Below, piece by piece: positions 13,787-27,182 of a DNA stretch of 64,000 nt. Every line of letters starts with the position of its first letter. Position 1 is the stretch's first letter. The notes under the pieces were generated by a model, which was not told where the DNA came from, did not search any database, and saw only the letters and a program-made list of their open reading frames with translations. This stretch comes from Asterias rubens (taxonomy: Eukaryota), in the NCBI RefSeq assembly GCF_902459465.1, contig NC_047070.1, forward strand, positions 1,922,001 through 1,986,000, written 5' to 3'. The position numbers and the translations under genes were made by a program.

Positions 13787-14173
13787 TTAAAGACACTGGA
13801 CACTATTGGTAATCGTCAAAAACCAGTCTTCTCACTTTGTGTATCTCAACATTAACATAAAATAATAAACCTGTGAAAATCTGAGCTCAATCGGTCATCG
13901 AAGTTGGGAGATAATAATGAAAGATAAAAACACCCTTGTCACACGAAGTTGTGTGCTTTTAGATGGTTGATTTCGAGACCTCAAATTCTAAATCTGAGAT
14001 CTTGAAATCAATTTCCTGGAAAATTACTTCTTTCTTGAAAAGTATGTCACTTCAGAGGGAGCCATTTCTCACAATGTTTTATACTACCAACCTCTCCCCA
14101 TTACTCGTTACCTAGTGAGGTCTTACGCTAACAATTATTTTGAGTAATTACCAATAGTGTCCACTGCCTTATA
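13787..14173. mobile_element. TTAA-flanked ~350-400 bp MITE, main family (AGGCAGTGGACACTATTGGTAATT TIR)
   Basis: TIRs and a shared internal sequence (aaacctgtgaaaatttgagctcaat…gagggagccgtttctcacaatg). Confidence 0.85.
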
Positions 14174-15887
14174 GGAAGTGTTGGGTATTCTAACACTTGC
14201 TGCTTAACATTTTGAAGTCAATTGGCAGCTGCTTGCCAAATTCCATTAATTCTGGGCAGACGCTCTAGTTTGTTTTGTAACAATTCAAAAGGTTCAATGA
14301 TAAATGTGTTCAACCACTTCGCCTGTTAAATAAACAGTACACAACCATATCTACTTGGCTGTAGAAGGTTGCAATATGCAAAATACTAATGAGGCCATGT
14401 AAAACTAAATTTGCATAACAATAAGTCATTATCTTTTAAAGCTATTCTCACACTACCTACAAATAATGAATAAAAATTTAACAGAAAAACCAATACCAAA
14501 GTTGGAACCGAGGAGCGCAAATTTAAATCGCAATCAGCCAAAATACTTTCGTCTACCAAACTCTCTGCTTGTGAGCGAGAGTAATTTAAGCATGGCCGTC
14601 ATGAAGAAACATTGACTAATCTGCAAGAGTAACTTTAGGACCAAAGCGGCCCACTTCCTTCAATAGACCACAATAAAGGCCTAATCATGGAGGAAGAAGT
14701 GTGGAACATGCTTCAATATACCACAACAAAGGCCTAACCATGGATGAACAAGTGTGGTACATGCTTCAGTAGACCACAACAAAAACAGAGGAACCATCTT
14801 GAGCTCAACACAAATCAATTGTTTTGGATTGAAACGCAAGAAACCAGGAGAATCGCCCAAGACTCCAGCTCCGGGTTGGGCTCCGCCATCATTTTTAGAG
14901 CAGTGTAAATTTTTGCACAATGTGTTCTAAATATCAAACGAAGCCCATAGCCGTGACGGAGCACAACCCAAGGTTTTGATACAACCCCATACAATTGTTG
15001 CCACCAGTAACGGCCTCACGCCAACCATGGACGTTGGTTCAGTCAACAAGAAACAGGAAACCAGTATGGCATCTATTCGTTAAAATAATCACCACAAGAC
15101 TTCTCATTAATCCACCAAATCCTTGGAAGACATAAAAAAAGACGATGAGAAATAATGAGTAGCATTGAATCCATAGAAACCATTTTCCATTCTAGAAAAC
15201 AACCATGATCACTAATTAGCGTCAACATCCAATCCTTGAATTATGAAGAAGAAGAAAAAAAGGGGGGAAAAAGTCCAATGAAAAAATGCATCAAGCCCAT
15301 GGTTCCAGACAGCAGGAAACAACACAATGGCTAATTTACAGATCAGAGACCAGATCCTCCCAACCTTAATACAGCAGCGTCATCATCCACCAAAGAAGGA
15401 TACACGATATTAATAACCAATCCTCAACATCGCATCCTTGGCTAGGACCAGTACAAGCAAACAATGTTGAGAAAAATTAAGAGGCTGACTGGCTTTTTTT
15501 TTATTCCAGCGAGCGGTCAAGGCCGTCGACCAATCAGACATGCTTCCTCGCCTTCATGTACTGAGTCACAATCACCAAGTGACTATAAATAATTATACTT
15601 CTATGTTTCCTGGGTTCCTTTGAGGCCTCCTCGCAAGGCCCTGGTTGATGATCCCAGCCTCTACAAAAGACAACTATCCATCTTGGAAGAAGCAAGTGGA
15701 TTTGATGACCCATTGAGTGAGAGGTTAACGTCGTTAGACAGTGGGATATACACCACTATGAAAATGATTTGGTTAGTTAGACATGGGCAATGGTATGGCT
15801 GAGCCTGGATTGGAGGGGAAAAGGGCGTGGCCCTATTATGGTGACATGGCTAGTTGGTGTTAGGGTTACACACGTGTTATCATCACA

Positions 15888-15889
<2 letters not shown>

Positions 15890-15923
<34 letters not shown>
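15890..15923. repeat. (ATT)n microsatellite
   Basis: Direct reading; similar tracts at ~30827-30857 and ~8771-8786. Confidence 0.9.
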
Positions 15924-17579
15924 CACACAGCAAACAGGCATGGCAAGAACAAATTAACCTATTGAAGTTCTGACTCAGAACGGAATAAATATAGTTCAAA
16001 ATGCTGGCTCATCCTTTTGGTTTTCTTAGAAATAAATGTTAAAAATTAACGAACTTCTCAATTGTAAATAAATATACATTTTTCCTGCACAATACCATGA
16101 GATAAATAGTTAAATGCCCTGCCGTCCTAACTCTTCCTAACTTAAGACTAATCTTAGGATTTAGGACGAGTCCGAACCCTGCACTGTAGCATGCGGCCCT
16201 TAAGATTAATCCTAAGTTAAGACGAGTTACTCGTCCAACTCGAGATAAGACGAGTCCTAACTCTTTGTGAAATCGGCCCCTGTATTAGGGGCCTTACAAG
16301 ACCTGTTCGTCTACCAAGCACGCAAAGACCAATGTTTTATTCCAATATGAGGTCGTTAACAAAAATGACCGCCTTTTTGAAACAATGACAATTTTCAACT
16401 GATTATTCAAAACAAAAATTTCAAAAAAAGAGTTTTTGCAAAAAAAAAGCTCAAGGCCTTTTCTTAGGGTAGTTAGCAACAAAATGGCTGCCTTTTTAAA
16501 GCAATGAAATTTGTTGTTTGATTATTCAAACAAAACTGTTCAGGACCTTTTCCTTGGACATGACACTGATTCAAAATTCCAGTCTATAGTCTACACGTCA
16601 ATCCTAAGTTACTATGGTTAATCACACTGTTAAAGTATTATGTTAAACACACACAATTATGTTAATCAACACAAATCAAAAGTTAAAAGACCTCGTTGAG
16701 ATACCTAGTAGGGCCCAAAGATAAATTACTGTAAAATTGAAACTAGTTGGACATCATGTGAAACCTTCACATATAAATGGCTTCCTTATGTTATAACAAC
16801 ATCTTAATTATAAGGTTCTCTAATGGGGTTTGAGGTATCAATGTATTTATTTGAGTGGGTAACACCACGAGTAAATATCTACTTGCTGGGTAGATTATGT
16901 TCTACAAGATTCTTCTAAACGTATCAAAACTTCTACTCTATTTAGACAAAAGACTAATTTTAGTGACAGCAATATTTGTGCTGAGGGGGGAGACTGAAAA
17001 TACTTCCGACAGTCAAAATAAACTTTGCAGTAAATTTTCCTATTTCAGTACTGAAACAACTTTCCCAGTGGATAATTTAATGACATTTTTATTTGTCAGT
17101 CTATCAGCGACGTATAAAAACGAACGGAGCCTTTTATTTTGGAGGCATGACCCAGCTTTGAGTATCGAATGATCGGACTCTTACAATCAAGCTTCTACCG
17201 TGAGCCCTAGAACCGTCGAGTCTTGCTAAGGAACTATGGTATCAATTTTTCATTGTGATGATATTTGCTTCTTTATCAGTGTTGGCACAAAGGGTGAGTC
17301 AATTTGAGAAAAGTCGTGGCCCCTGGCAAATATTGATTAAAAATGTACTTTCTATAGAGTTGTCCAGCGACCAAAAAAAAACACACAGTATCATTGGTGT
17401 GGGGACTTTTTTATCAAAAGGGGTTTCCAACAATGCTATTTAGTAACGGTTCTTGAACTCCTTAAGTTCCAAGAAATATGTCACTTGGCTGGGAATTCTT
17501 CTCTCTGAAGAAGATTATTATTTATACCAACTGATTAAATGTTTTTGTTTTGAGCTTTTAATACATGTTTGAAAAAGGT

Positions 17580-17930
17580 TTAAATACACTGGACACTATT
17601 GGTAATTGTCAAAGACCAGTCTTCTCACTTGGTGTATCTCAACATATGAATAAAATAACAAACCTGTGAAAATTTGAGCTCAATTGGTCGTCGAAGTTGC
17701 GAGATAATAATGAAAGAAAAAACATCCTTGTCACACAAAGTTGTGTGCTTTCAGATGCTTCTAGTTCTGAGGTCTCAAAATCAAATTCATGGAAACAAAC
17801 TTCTTTCTCAAAAACTATGTTACATCACAATGTTTTATAATACCAACAGCTCTCTGTTAACTCATTACCAAGTAAGGTTGTATGCTAATAATTATTTGAG
17901 TAATTACCAGTTAGTGTCCACTGCCTTTAA
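17580..17930. mobile_element. Main-family TTAA MITE copy
   Basis: Same TIR and internal sequence. Confidence 0.85.
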
Positions 17931-19910
17931 GCGGAATGACATTAATTTAATGACCGGTAAAAATCAAAAACTGGGAACCTTTTCCAAACAACTCGTCTCA
18001 GGCTTGCAACTCTTCAGCGGGAAAAAAAACCTCTGAAAATTATTTTTCTTTTGCTCTCGTCTTAGGCCCTTACATGCCTGTAGTATACGAGGAAGTTTTA
18101 GCTTATGGTTGTTTTTTTAAACTTTTTTTTTACTCGCAAGGAAGAAAATATCCTTTCTTGCTTTCATATTTTTGAAAATTAATGTTGGCTCTTTGCTATA
18201 TAGGAATTGTTTTCTATTTCTATCTATGTGTAGCTGATAATATTTACCAAAGCTTTATTATTAGTACTTATTTCTGGATTGATGCCAGTCCGGTATCTGA
18301 ATAACCTGAATCATTGTTCTACATATAGAAATAGGATTCTCGGAAACAGAGTGATGTATTTCTAATCATTGTCTATTTGGCTAGAGGGTGGCTTGTATGA
18401 TGTAAAGAAGTTAAGCCCATTTACTGGACTTAACATCATTAAGGGTTTCAAGTGAAATAATTGAAGGGGAAAAAAGTAAAATGGACAATATCTTGTAAGG
18501 CATGGTTAGGCAACGGAGAAAATTGCCTCATGCCCTTGGGCATTGCCTTGGTGCCCTGGGAAATGTTTCCTATATCAATGACAAACTACTTTGCCCTTAC
18601 AACTATCAGGCCTGCTCAGCAGGTGAAAAAGAACATGGACCAAACTGTAACTGTTTAAAATTGAGATTCTTTGAGGAAATCTTTTCAAACATTTTAACCA
18701 TTGCCTAAAGCTTGCTTGTAACTGTATGTATTATTTTGGTTTTACCCTGACACTAATATGTGTGTAAGCACTGTATGTATACTCGGGTTTTTTTCAATTT
18801 CTGTGAACAAATCTTAAGCATATTTCTCGAGTTGGATTCAAACTCAAGACCTTTGCAATTATAGAGCAGTGTCTTACCAACTTGGCCTTCAAGATTATTC
18901 GGTAGCTAGAGGCAGTTCAAATCCTATGCTTTAGCAGCGGGTACGTCAACCTTTAAATAGATGTTAAATTTCCACCGGGACAAAGAGTGTTTTTACCCTT
19001 ATACTGATGTGTGTATTAAAGCACTGTCTTCGAGTTCTGGGCAAAAAGAAAAAGAGTAATTTGGACCTTATTCACACAGTGGACATGAGATGAAAGCTAG
19101 TTTAGTCTGAAAAAGTGCAGACTGATCATTGAACTTTATTCCCTGTGGTACCAGGAGAAATTGGCGGGGAAAAAAACATCTTGAAAGTTCAGTGGGGAAG
19201 TATTTGAGGAGAACGTTTTGGACGTTAGCCAATCTATATTAAACATGACCTATTTCTGTTGTAGTTTGTTGACCAGTTATTGACCACTTTGGGAATATTG
19301 ACTGGACTGGTTTCAAACCTGGATTCTTGTGATCAGCAGAGGACATGATGAACTCAGACTTGAGACGAGGGAATGAGGTCTCTACGGTTAGTCTGGGGCG
19401 GATTGATCGTTACCACAGGCTGTATTAAAACGTGGGTGGAGTACCCATTTTGAGGACTCTTACCACCCACTGGACCCCAGTTTGCAAGGCCTTCAAGGTG
19501 CATCTCTCTGCACTCTCTGGGTGTTGACGCCCACATTCAATTTATAAATATGTTTTTACGAGATTTTGTTTTGTTTTTGCTTCCGTCTGGTGCAATTTGA
19601 TAGTTGTCTCCTGTGTAATAAAGGCTAAATAATTTTAGAGACAAATTCTGCAACTATATATATCTGCACATCCATGTTGCATGTGAAGCTCAATTTTCCC
19701 TATAGCGTTTTCCTGAAGACATCCTATCAAGTATTTAAGTTTTCCTGCTTAAGTAATAGATCACCAGCTAGTGTCATGTTTCAACCGATAATAGATTTTA
19801 TTTTATTTTCTTAAATTTGAAAATGGAAACAGAAATACTTCCGAAGATGCTGGGCACTTTGTTAATTAACAGGAAAGTATGAACTTTTAACAAGAGCTGT
19901 ATTGAGCTTC

Positions 19911-20292
19911 TTCAAGGCACTGGACACCATTGGTAATTACTCAAAATAATTATTAGCATAAAAACTTACTTGGTAACAAGCAATGGAGAGCTGTTGATAG
20001 TACAAAACATTGTGAGAAACGGCTCCCTTCGAAGCAATGTAGTTTTCGAGAAAGAAGTAATTTCCCACGAATTTGATTTCAAGACCTCAGAATTTGATTT
20101 TGAGGTCCCGAAATCATTTGAAAACACACAACTTCGTGTGACAATGTTGTTTTTTCTTCCATTATTATCTCGCAACTTCGATGACCAATTGAGCTCAAAT
20201 TTCACAGGTTTGTTATTTTATGCATATGTTGAGATATACCATGTGAGAATAGTGGTCTTTGACAATTACCAAAGGTGTACAGTGTCTTTTAC
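19911..20292. mobile_element. Main-family TTAA MITE copy
   Basis: Same family; flanked by a 23-bp direct repeat. Confidence 0.8.
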
Positions 20293-20357
20293 AAGAGCTG
20301 TATTGAGCTTCTTAAAGCATCAACTGCTACCTATTAACTCCTTTAAGAGCCTGACAC

Positions 20358-20746
20358 TTAAAGGCAGTGTCCGACACTATTGGTAATTACTCAAAATAAT
20401 TATTTGCATAAAACCTTACTTGGTTACGAGTAATGGGGAGAGATTGTTAGTATAAAACCTTGTGAGAAACGGCTCTCTCTGAAGTAACGTAGTTTTCGAG
20501 AAAGAAGTAATTTTCCACAAATTTGATTTCAAGACCTCAGATTTAGAATTTGAGGTCTCAAAATCAAGCATCTGAAAGCACACAACTGCGTGTGACAAGG
20601 TTTTTTTTTTTTCATTATTATCTCGCAACTTTGACGACCAATTGAGCCCAAATTTTTTACAGGTTTGATATTTAATGCATTTGTTGAGATACAGCAAGTG
20701 AGAAGACTGGTTTTTGACAATTACCAATAGTGTCCACTGTCTTTAA
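20358..20746. mobile_element. Main-family TTAA MITE copy
   Basis: TTAA on both sides, TIRs. Confidence 0.85.
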
Positions 20747-21319
20747 AAGTGTCAGGCAGGAATTTCATCTTTGTAAAGGCAAGGCCATTGTAATTTTGCG
20801 AAAAGGACTTCAATTGGAAAATCTTAAAGCCAATTAGAAACTTTTGAAGGGGCACCTACAGTAGGCCAAGATGAGGGGTAACAGGGTCCATCCTTAAATC
20901 CTACACTTTTTAACATTTACCAGTGAGTTGACCGACCATTTGAACCACACTACTATACTGGTTGTGTTTGGTGGCACAACTGTGTACAGAACTAACTGTA
21001 TACAGCAAAAACCAACAGCAAACACCATGTTAACGCCCAAAATACACCATGGTCCAATCACAGATAGCTACTTGGCACAACAAAGTAGCTTAGCACAACA
21101 AAGTTATGCTTACCAGAATTAGGCTAGGCTATCAGCCAAAATACCATTTAGCATTTGTGACTGGTATCCTGATCATTTTTGGTTAGCAGACATTTTTCAG
21201 CACTATACACTTTGTGCTTTAAAAACAATTATTTTGTTGTTGCGCACACACTCGACAGCACAATACGCGCCAATAACAGGATGCATAGAAAGCAAGAATA
21301 ATCGTTTAGATGTGGGAGG

Positions 21320-21465
21320 AAAATCTGAAATGGGCAAAAAAACACGCAATCAAGTAGGGACTGTGAAAACCCAATCCTGTTCCACATGCAAGGCTCCGGT
21401 CTGATCGGGATTCGAACCGGGGTCCACAGAGATGAAAGGTACAGAAAGAAACCAATGAGCCAACC
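21320..21465 (-). mobile_element. tRNA-derived SINE fragment
   Basis: Reverse-oriented B-box (gggattcgaaccggggtcc); a similar fragment at ~50030-50090. Confidence 0.55.
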
Positions 21466-21982
21466 TGTGTCTTTAACTTTTCAAGTTCATGTCATTATCA
21501 TATCATGCTTGGGCAGCTTTAACAAGCTGGGTAATTAACAACTGCAAAGCTGATGCTTGCTAGATAAAACATGAGAGAGAAGGTCCTAGAAGACATGATA
21601 TGCCACCTGCTGGCTGACCTGCCAATTAGGTCTGACAACATGACAAGCTTTCTGCCTGTTAACCATGAATGATGAGATGTTACCACATTCATTTGGTTCA
21701 TTCATTTATAGTTCATTCGTTTGGTTTCTCATGGTTGAAGTACAGGGCCAAATTTTGTGCAAAAAATATTGCTTAACATTGTTTCTGCTAAGCACGACTA
21801 AGCAAGGTACCAGTTACATTTTGTATAATGTAAAATGGTATTTTAGCTGGTAACCTTATTCTGGTAAGCACGTTGTGCTTAGCAACTTTGTATGCTTAAG
21901 CCAAGCAGATCTAGGAAATTGGGCCCTGCCCTCCACATAACCCACTTCACCCACAGCAATTGCCATGGTGCCCGTGCTTTTG

Positions 21983-22140
21983 TAGACTTGTGGACAAGTC
22001 GTTAAATCGGCCCCACGCGCTGAGATAGTGCTCTCGCGAGATCACTACTCTCGCGCGAACTGATGGCTCCCCGATTTCGACTCCTCATAGAGTTCTATCT
22101 CAGAGCGTGGAACCGATTTAACGACTTGTCCACAAGTCTA
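21983..22140. mobile_element. Palindromic MITE with TA flanks
   Basis: TA|GACTTGTGGACAAGTCGTTAAATCGG…CCGATTTAACGACTTGTCCACAAGTC|TA. Confidence 0.85.
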
Positions 22141-25100
22141 GTGCTTTTACTGTGGCGCCCTTTGCAATACTTCATATGCAAATTTAAATTTTCCTCATAC
22201 AGAAGTGCCCCTCGACATGAGGAAAATTGCTGTACACCTTCAAGAATGTAATTCAAGACCTGTTACACGCGTACATGTCAAAACCTAAGAATATTGCCTC
22301 ACTAAATTGAGTTACTTGAAAGAAGGCTGCTGGTAAGTGTATCAAATACATGATCTTAACATTATGTATGAGAGTACATGTATGGTATGATTTGAGGTAT
22401 CAATATGTTTTTGGTTTGTGGTAACACCATGTGTGTATCTACTTGCCAGGTGTAGGTGTTAAAGATAGCCAACGTTTTGTAATTTTCGCTCAAACAGCCA
22501 AAACTTGTTACATGAGGAGAGCCAATTACATCAAACATTCAGAAAGACTACCCAATCCAACAAATTTAGGGAAAATACAAAAAAAGTAAATTAAAATGAA
22601 CAATTTTTTTAAAAATCTAAACACCAGCCCAAAACTAAGCCAAATAAAAGTTAACTACATGTATACTAAACTTCATTGTTTAAATTTAAATCTGAAGTTC
22701 ACTGGGAACAACACTGTGACACCTTGAAGCTAAACTTTCAGGTACGAACGATACCAGATATGAAATTGAAACATCACTGAATGAAAAGACAATTGGATAG
22801 TCTTTGGAAAGTTGGTTCCTCATTCATGAACATTTTGGTTTCATTGTAAAGCGATGTGAATGCTAGCAAACAGAGCGCAAAGGCATGGTATTCATTGTTG
22901 CCCAGCAAACATCAAGTGCCTTAAGTTGCTGAAAATTCCTAGCTTTGTAAACCTACTACATTTTATTATTTCAAAGATGCATTTCAAAGATGCAGGTGTA
23001 GACATGAGTTTGTAATTTTTTTGCAAATAATGAAAGAGACCCTTGTTGCACAAATGTGTGTTCACATGCATAATAAAAGGTTTCATGCCTGAAGTATTTT
23101 AATATTTGAGTGAGAAATAACCTCTTTCTCAAAAACTATGTTACTTTCAAAGGGAGCCGCTTCTAACAAATTGTATACTATCAACAGCTCCCTGTTGCTC
23201 GTTACCAAGTAAGTTTTTAAGCTAAAAATTACCTTGAGTAATTACCAATAGTGTCCAGTGCCTTTAACTGGTTCAGTGCCGCTTTTTGTTTGCATTTTGA
23301 ACCTTAAAACCCATACATGTTATCACAAGAGGGCATTAGCACTCAAGAAGTATTGACTTTGGGATGTACCAATGCAACACAAACCCACACGATACATTTT
23401 TGTTTGGGTAGGAAGACTTATTTGTTGTAGAGAATTTTGAAAACCTCAAAATGCTGAGTTTGGTAACCAATTTTTCCTATATACATTGTATGTATGATAA
23501 TGGCGTTTTCAGACTACGTAAAATAGATCATACATGTACGACCTTGGCACTGATAGAGTAAAGCAGCAAGCAATGTTCACGACAAAATTAGGCTTTGGTA
23601 TGTGTGGATTGAATGTGCATCTAATACATACCAGTACTGGTATGGTATGTACTCAGAGTACACTGTGAATATGCAGTGTACTTACCTTCAAATACGAGAG
23701 ACGCTTATATTACAGTTCACACGCTATTTCCATCCCCGCTCATCCTAAAATATGTTGTCTAATTTTTACACTTCCCTTCCATTTTGTTTTGATGTTCAAT
23801 TCTTTCTATTATAATAATGGACCCAGCATAGAACGTTTCCTGTTTTCCAACACATGTACAGCGGTTTATTACTTGTTTCCTTGCTTGGTCTATAAAGTTG
23901 CGCAAAAGTTTCAACAATACGGGAAACCGATTTGGGCAAACAGTTGGTTCAATCCTCCCTCATAAAGTTGTGGAAGGAAATATGTTGAGAGTAAAAAATT
24001 ATACACCCTTTGTTTACTGAAGTGTTGCTGACAGAGAAGAGTGGCAATAAAGTCAATGTGCTTTTAAACCAAAGCCTTCATGTGCGAAAGTGTGGTGACA
24101 TCAGAAAGGTCTTTTTAATTGCAGTGTTTCCTTTTTCTGAAACGCAACTTTCCTTTGTCGGATGTCGTAGCCATCTGTTGACTTGTATTAGAACATGGCC
24201 CATTGTTCAAGGTTGTTTTCTCACATTGTTTCATAGATATGAAAAAGTTCAGAAAAAAATGACTTGCTCCCCTCTCGATAACAGCATCAGTCCTCTACAA
24301 ATATACATTTTTTATTTTAAAAAAAATTATTTTACAGAATTGGTGGCAACCAATACATGAGATAACAAAACCTGTGAAATCTTGGGCTTAATCCATTGTG
24401 TGTGAGTCGGGAGAGAATAGTGAAAACCATGCACATTTTCAGCATGGTACCCTTAACACGTTGTCCTTAATTTTGGTTGTAATAATTAAGATCAACTGGT
24501 GCACTTTTTTATGTTTTCAGTTAAAGTTTTCTCCAATATGACAATATTTCAGACGGAAATATCACACAGAAACAAAATGGTTCAAGTATTAATTTCATAT
24601 CAGGCTTTCAGATTATTTTTTCCAGAGTTTTTTTTTTTTACCATAACCAGCCCTAATAATGGCCCACATATATAAACAGATCATAACACCCCAAAATGTT
24701 TAACAATGTCAAAACAACTTTTAAAGCTTCTATTATTTGGAGAAACAAGTGTGAGGATTTGAATCTTGAGAACAGCAAGGACTCAAACATGTTCCTAATG
24801 TTATCAATAAAAGGCTGCTACATGTATGTCGACGCTACTCCTAAATACATCATGGTACCGGTAAAACACTTCATTTGTAAAAACAACTTTCCTTTGTTTC
24901 GCTTTGTATAATAAAATTAACCAACAGGGAAATTAACACGGTATATACCGACCACAGAGTCGATTGAATGATATAAAAAAAAAAAATAAAAAAAAAAGGA
25001 AACTTGATCTTATCATTCTTTAGATTTAAATACCGTCGACTGATACAAAGTATTGTGTATCTCAAAGAGAAAGTACATAAGTAATAACCAATTAATCTGT

Positions 25101-25536
25101 AAACAAAGTGCAGTACAGGAACAATGCGGAACCAATAATCCGAACAAGGAATTGCTGGGGTTATAACGAGGTTTATGCAAATGAGTGATGGTTGTTAGGA
25201 TGACAATGGATGTGGGGGTGGGGGGGGGGGGGTCATGCATACACGATATCCAACGAAACAAAACCATGCCAATCAAACCATTCAACAGACTCAATGGGTA
25301 CATCGTCACAACTTGGTCAACATCGATAAATGAAGACTTTTTCCCTCCCCGCCGTATACAAAACAAAATGAGGCAAAAAAATGTGGATCAAGAATACAGT
25401 GGCAACAACAAAAACGAAATCAAGACATCGTGCCTACTCAGCCAAAGTCCATCGAGCCAACATCGACCAATCAAAAGCCCTAAACACCACTCAAAAGTGC
25501 AGTGGTCTCTGGGCATGCTCAGACACAATACGATAC

Positions 25537-25695
25537 CTGACCAACTATAGTTTCTTCAGTTCGACCAATCGCCTCGAGCCACCGCTCCCGCAGGACGGTG
25601 GGCCGCTTGGGCACGCGATAAAAATGGCGCGGGTCCTCGGTTCCTTTGTAGCGCGAACGAAACTTGCAATTAGGAAAACCGCATGTTGTCGGCAT
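25537..25695 (-). CDS. CTBP: First coding exon of a THAP-domain CtBP (N-terminal half of THAP zinc finger, 53 aa)
   Basis: Translates to MPTTCGFPNCKFRSRYKGTEDPRHFYRVPKRPTVLRERWLEAIGRTEETIVGQ, which has THAP hallmarks (CxxxxC, F..P, W) and closely matches my recollection of the C. elegans CTBP-1 N-terminus. Acceptor tctttttcttgtgtttacag at 25715-25716, in-frame TAG 18 nt before the ATG, donor CAG|GTATCG at 25536. It lies head-to-head with MAEA. THAP identity is high confidence; the CtBP assignment is inferred because the dehydrogenase exons are not in the window. Confidence 0.8.
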
Positions 25696-27182
25696 GACTT
25701 GAGGACAGTCCTACCTGTAAACACAAGAAAAAGACAGAAAAGAAAACAGATATTAAGTCTCCAGGATCAAAATTTGTCATTAAAAATTACCCTCTAGCAG
25801 ATTATTTTACCCTTTATCTGTGCACTGTATGTCCGTAATACATGTACATAGTTAACAAGCAAGACATCTTTAAGTAAACAGCCATTTTATTTATTAACCG
25901 TTGGGGTATTTTACCTCAAATTTAATTTCAACTTAAGGTTCAGGAAGTGGCAATTTTCCCCAACAAAACATCTACAAAAGGTGTGCCTGAGAGACAATTT
26001 CCCCTACCCCCTACCACCCCGCGTCCTCTCTACTCGATACACCACACCTAAAATATCAAGTCTCCTACCAAATACAATCCTTTTCATAAATATTGATTAC
26101 CAATGAGACTCCAAAAAGGGTCTCAATGAATATCAATAAGGAGACTAAATTAGGAAAAATGATACCATCGCAACAAAAATGATAAATAATACGAGTGGGG
26201 GACACAGCCCCACAAACAAGCCACGAGAGTTCATTGGTCTGTTTCAGTGTATCAAACTTCATCGACCAAGTATGGCCATTGCAGAACCCTATTCCAAGAT
26301 CAACATTATAAACTGTGGCACACCGCGGGCTAAAGATTCAAACTCAAAAGGAGATCGCAGTACGGCAAAATAGCTTTAGAAAAATGATACCTGGGGTAGT
26401 ACGATACCAAGTAACCATGGATATATAAAACTTATAAAAAGATAGTATTCCAGTGACTGTTTCACATTCAGGTGACAGCACTATTTTTCAATTGTTTATG
26501 GGTTCGTACAGCGAGGACAAGGTATGTATCCTCTTTTGATGGCCACACGTTTTTGCCTCTTTACTTCAGGCCAGACTGTTACAAAGCCACCGGCTCCAAG
26601 GACAAAAATCTATAGAAATTTTATTAGAGTAAGGGAGAGTGGATACTATGCTAGCCTGGGTTGCTAGGATTCTTCCTGGATGATCTGATGTTAAGGGTGT
26701 AGAGAGAGTATCCCAGGGTAGTGGTAGTTGGAATAATTCTGCAGGCCAAGGGGGAATTCACTTTTCCCTTGGGAGTTTGCATGGTATAATCACCAATGAA
26801 TAATGTAATATTGCCCCTCATTTGAGGGCTTTTTTTTTCCGAATCTTTTTCAAATTTTGTCCGAAAAAATGGGAAGACAATCAAGTTTGAATCATACTTT
26901 GGAAATTAAGTTGAATTTGAGACTTACTTTAACTGCTTAAAAAATCTCTGGACTTTATACCCAAAAAATATTTTTTTGTCAGATTCAATTTTAGCACAAT
27001 AATTCAATTGAACACTACCTAAGTACACTGAAGTTGTTTTGTGTATATATCCAGGCTATTTTGAGCAAATACATTTTGAAAATTTCAAACTTACGTATAA
27101 CTTGGGTGCTATCCTAGGAGATCACATTTTTTGAATGACAAGACGATTTTATTCATCTTTTAACAGTTGTACACAAGGTACT

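Noticed and set aside
14300-15890. Decayed LINE ORF2 (also suspected at ~10560-11750, ~12600-12900 and ~50640-51040)
   Set aside because: Composition and (ATT)n tails are suggestive, but I could not read a convincing RT or endonuclease motif; needs tBLASTx or RepeatMasker.
19966-20727. ORFs such as 19970..20386, and the similar ORFs at 17674, 47434, 49246, 58041 and 61168
   Set aside because: All are chance readings of the same non-coding TTAA MITE; no transposase motifs.
24010-24060. Minus-strand LLCQQHF as the missing second THAP exon
   Set aside because: No usable acceptor in the right phase, no match to the expected LR(I/V)CSxHF…GD.P continuation, and a stop follows.
1-25536. CtBP dehydrogenase-domain exons
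   Set aside because: No RPLVALLDGRDC or GxGxxG-type exon was found by eye; presumed to be left of the window, although a small exon could have been missed.
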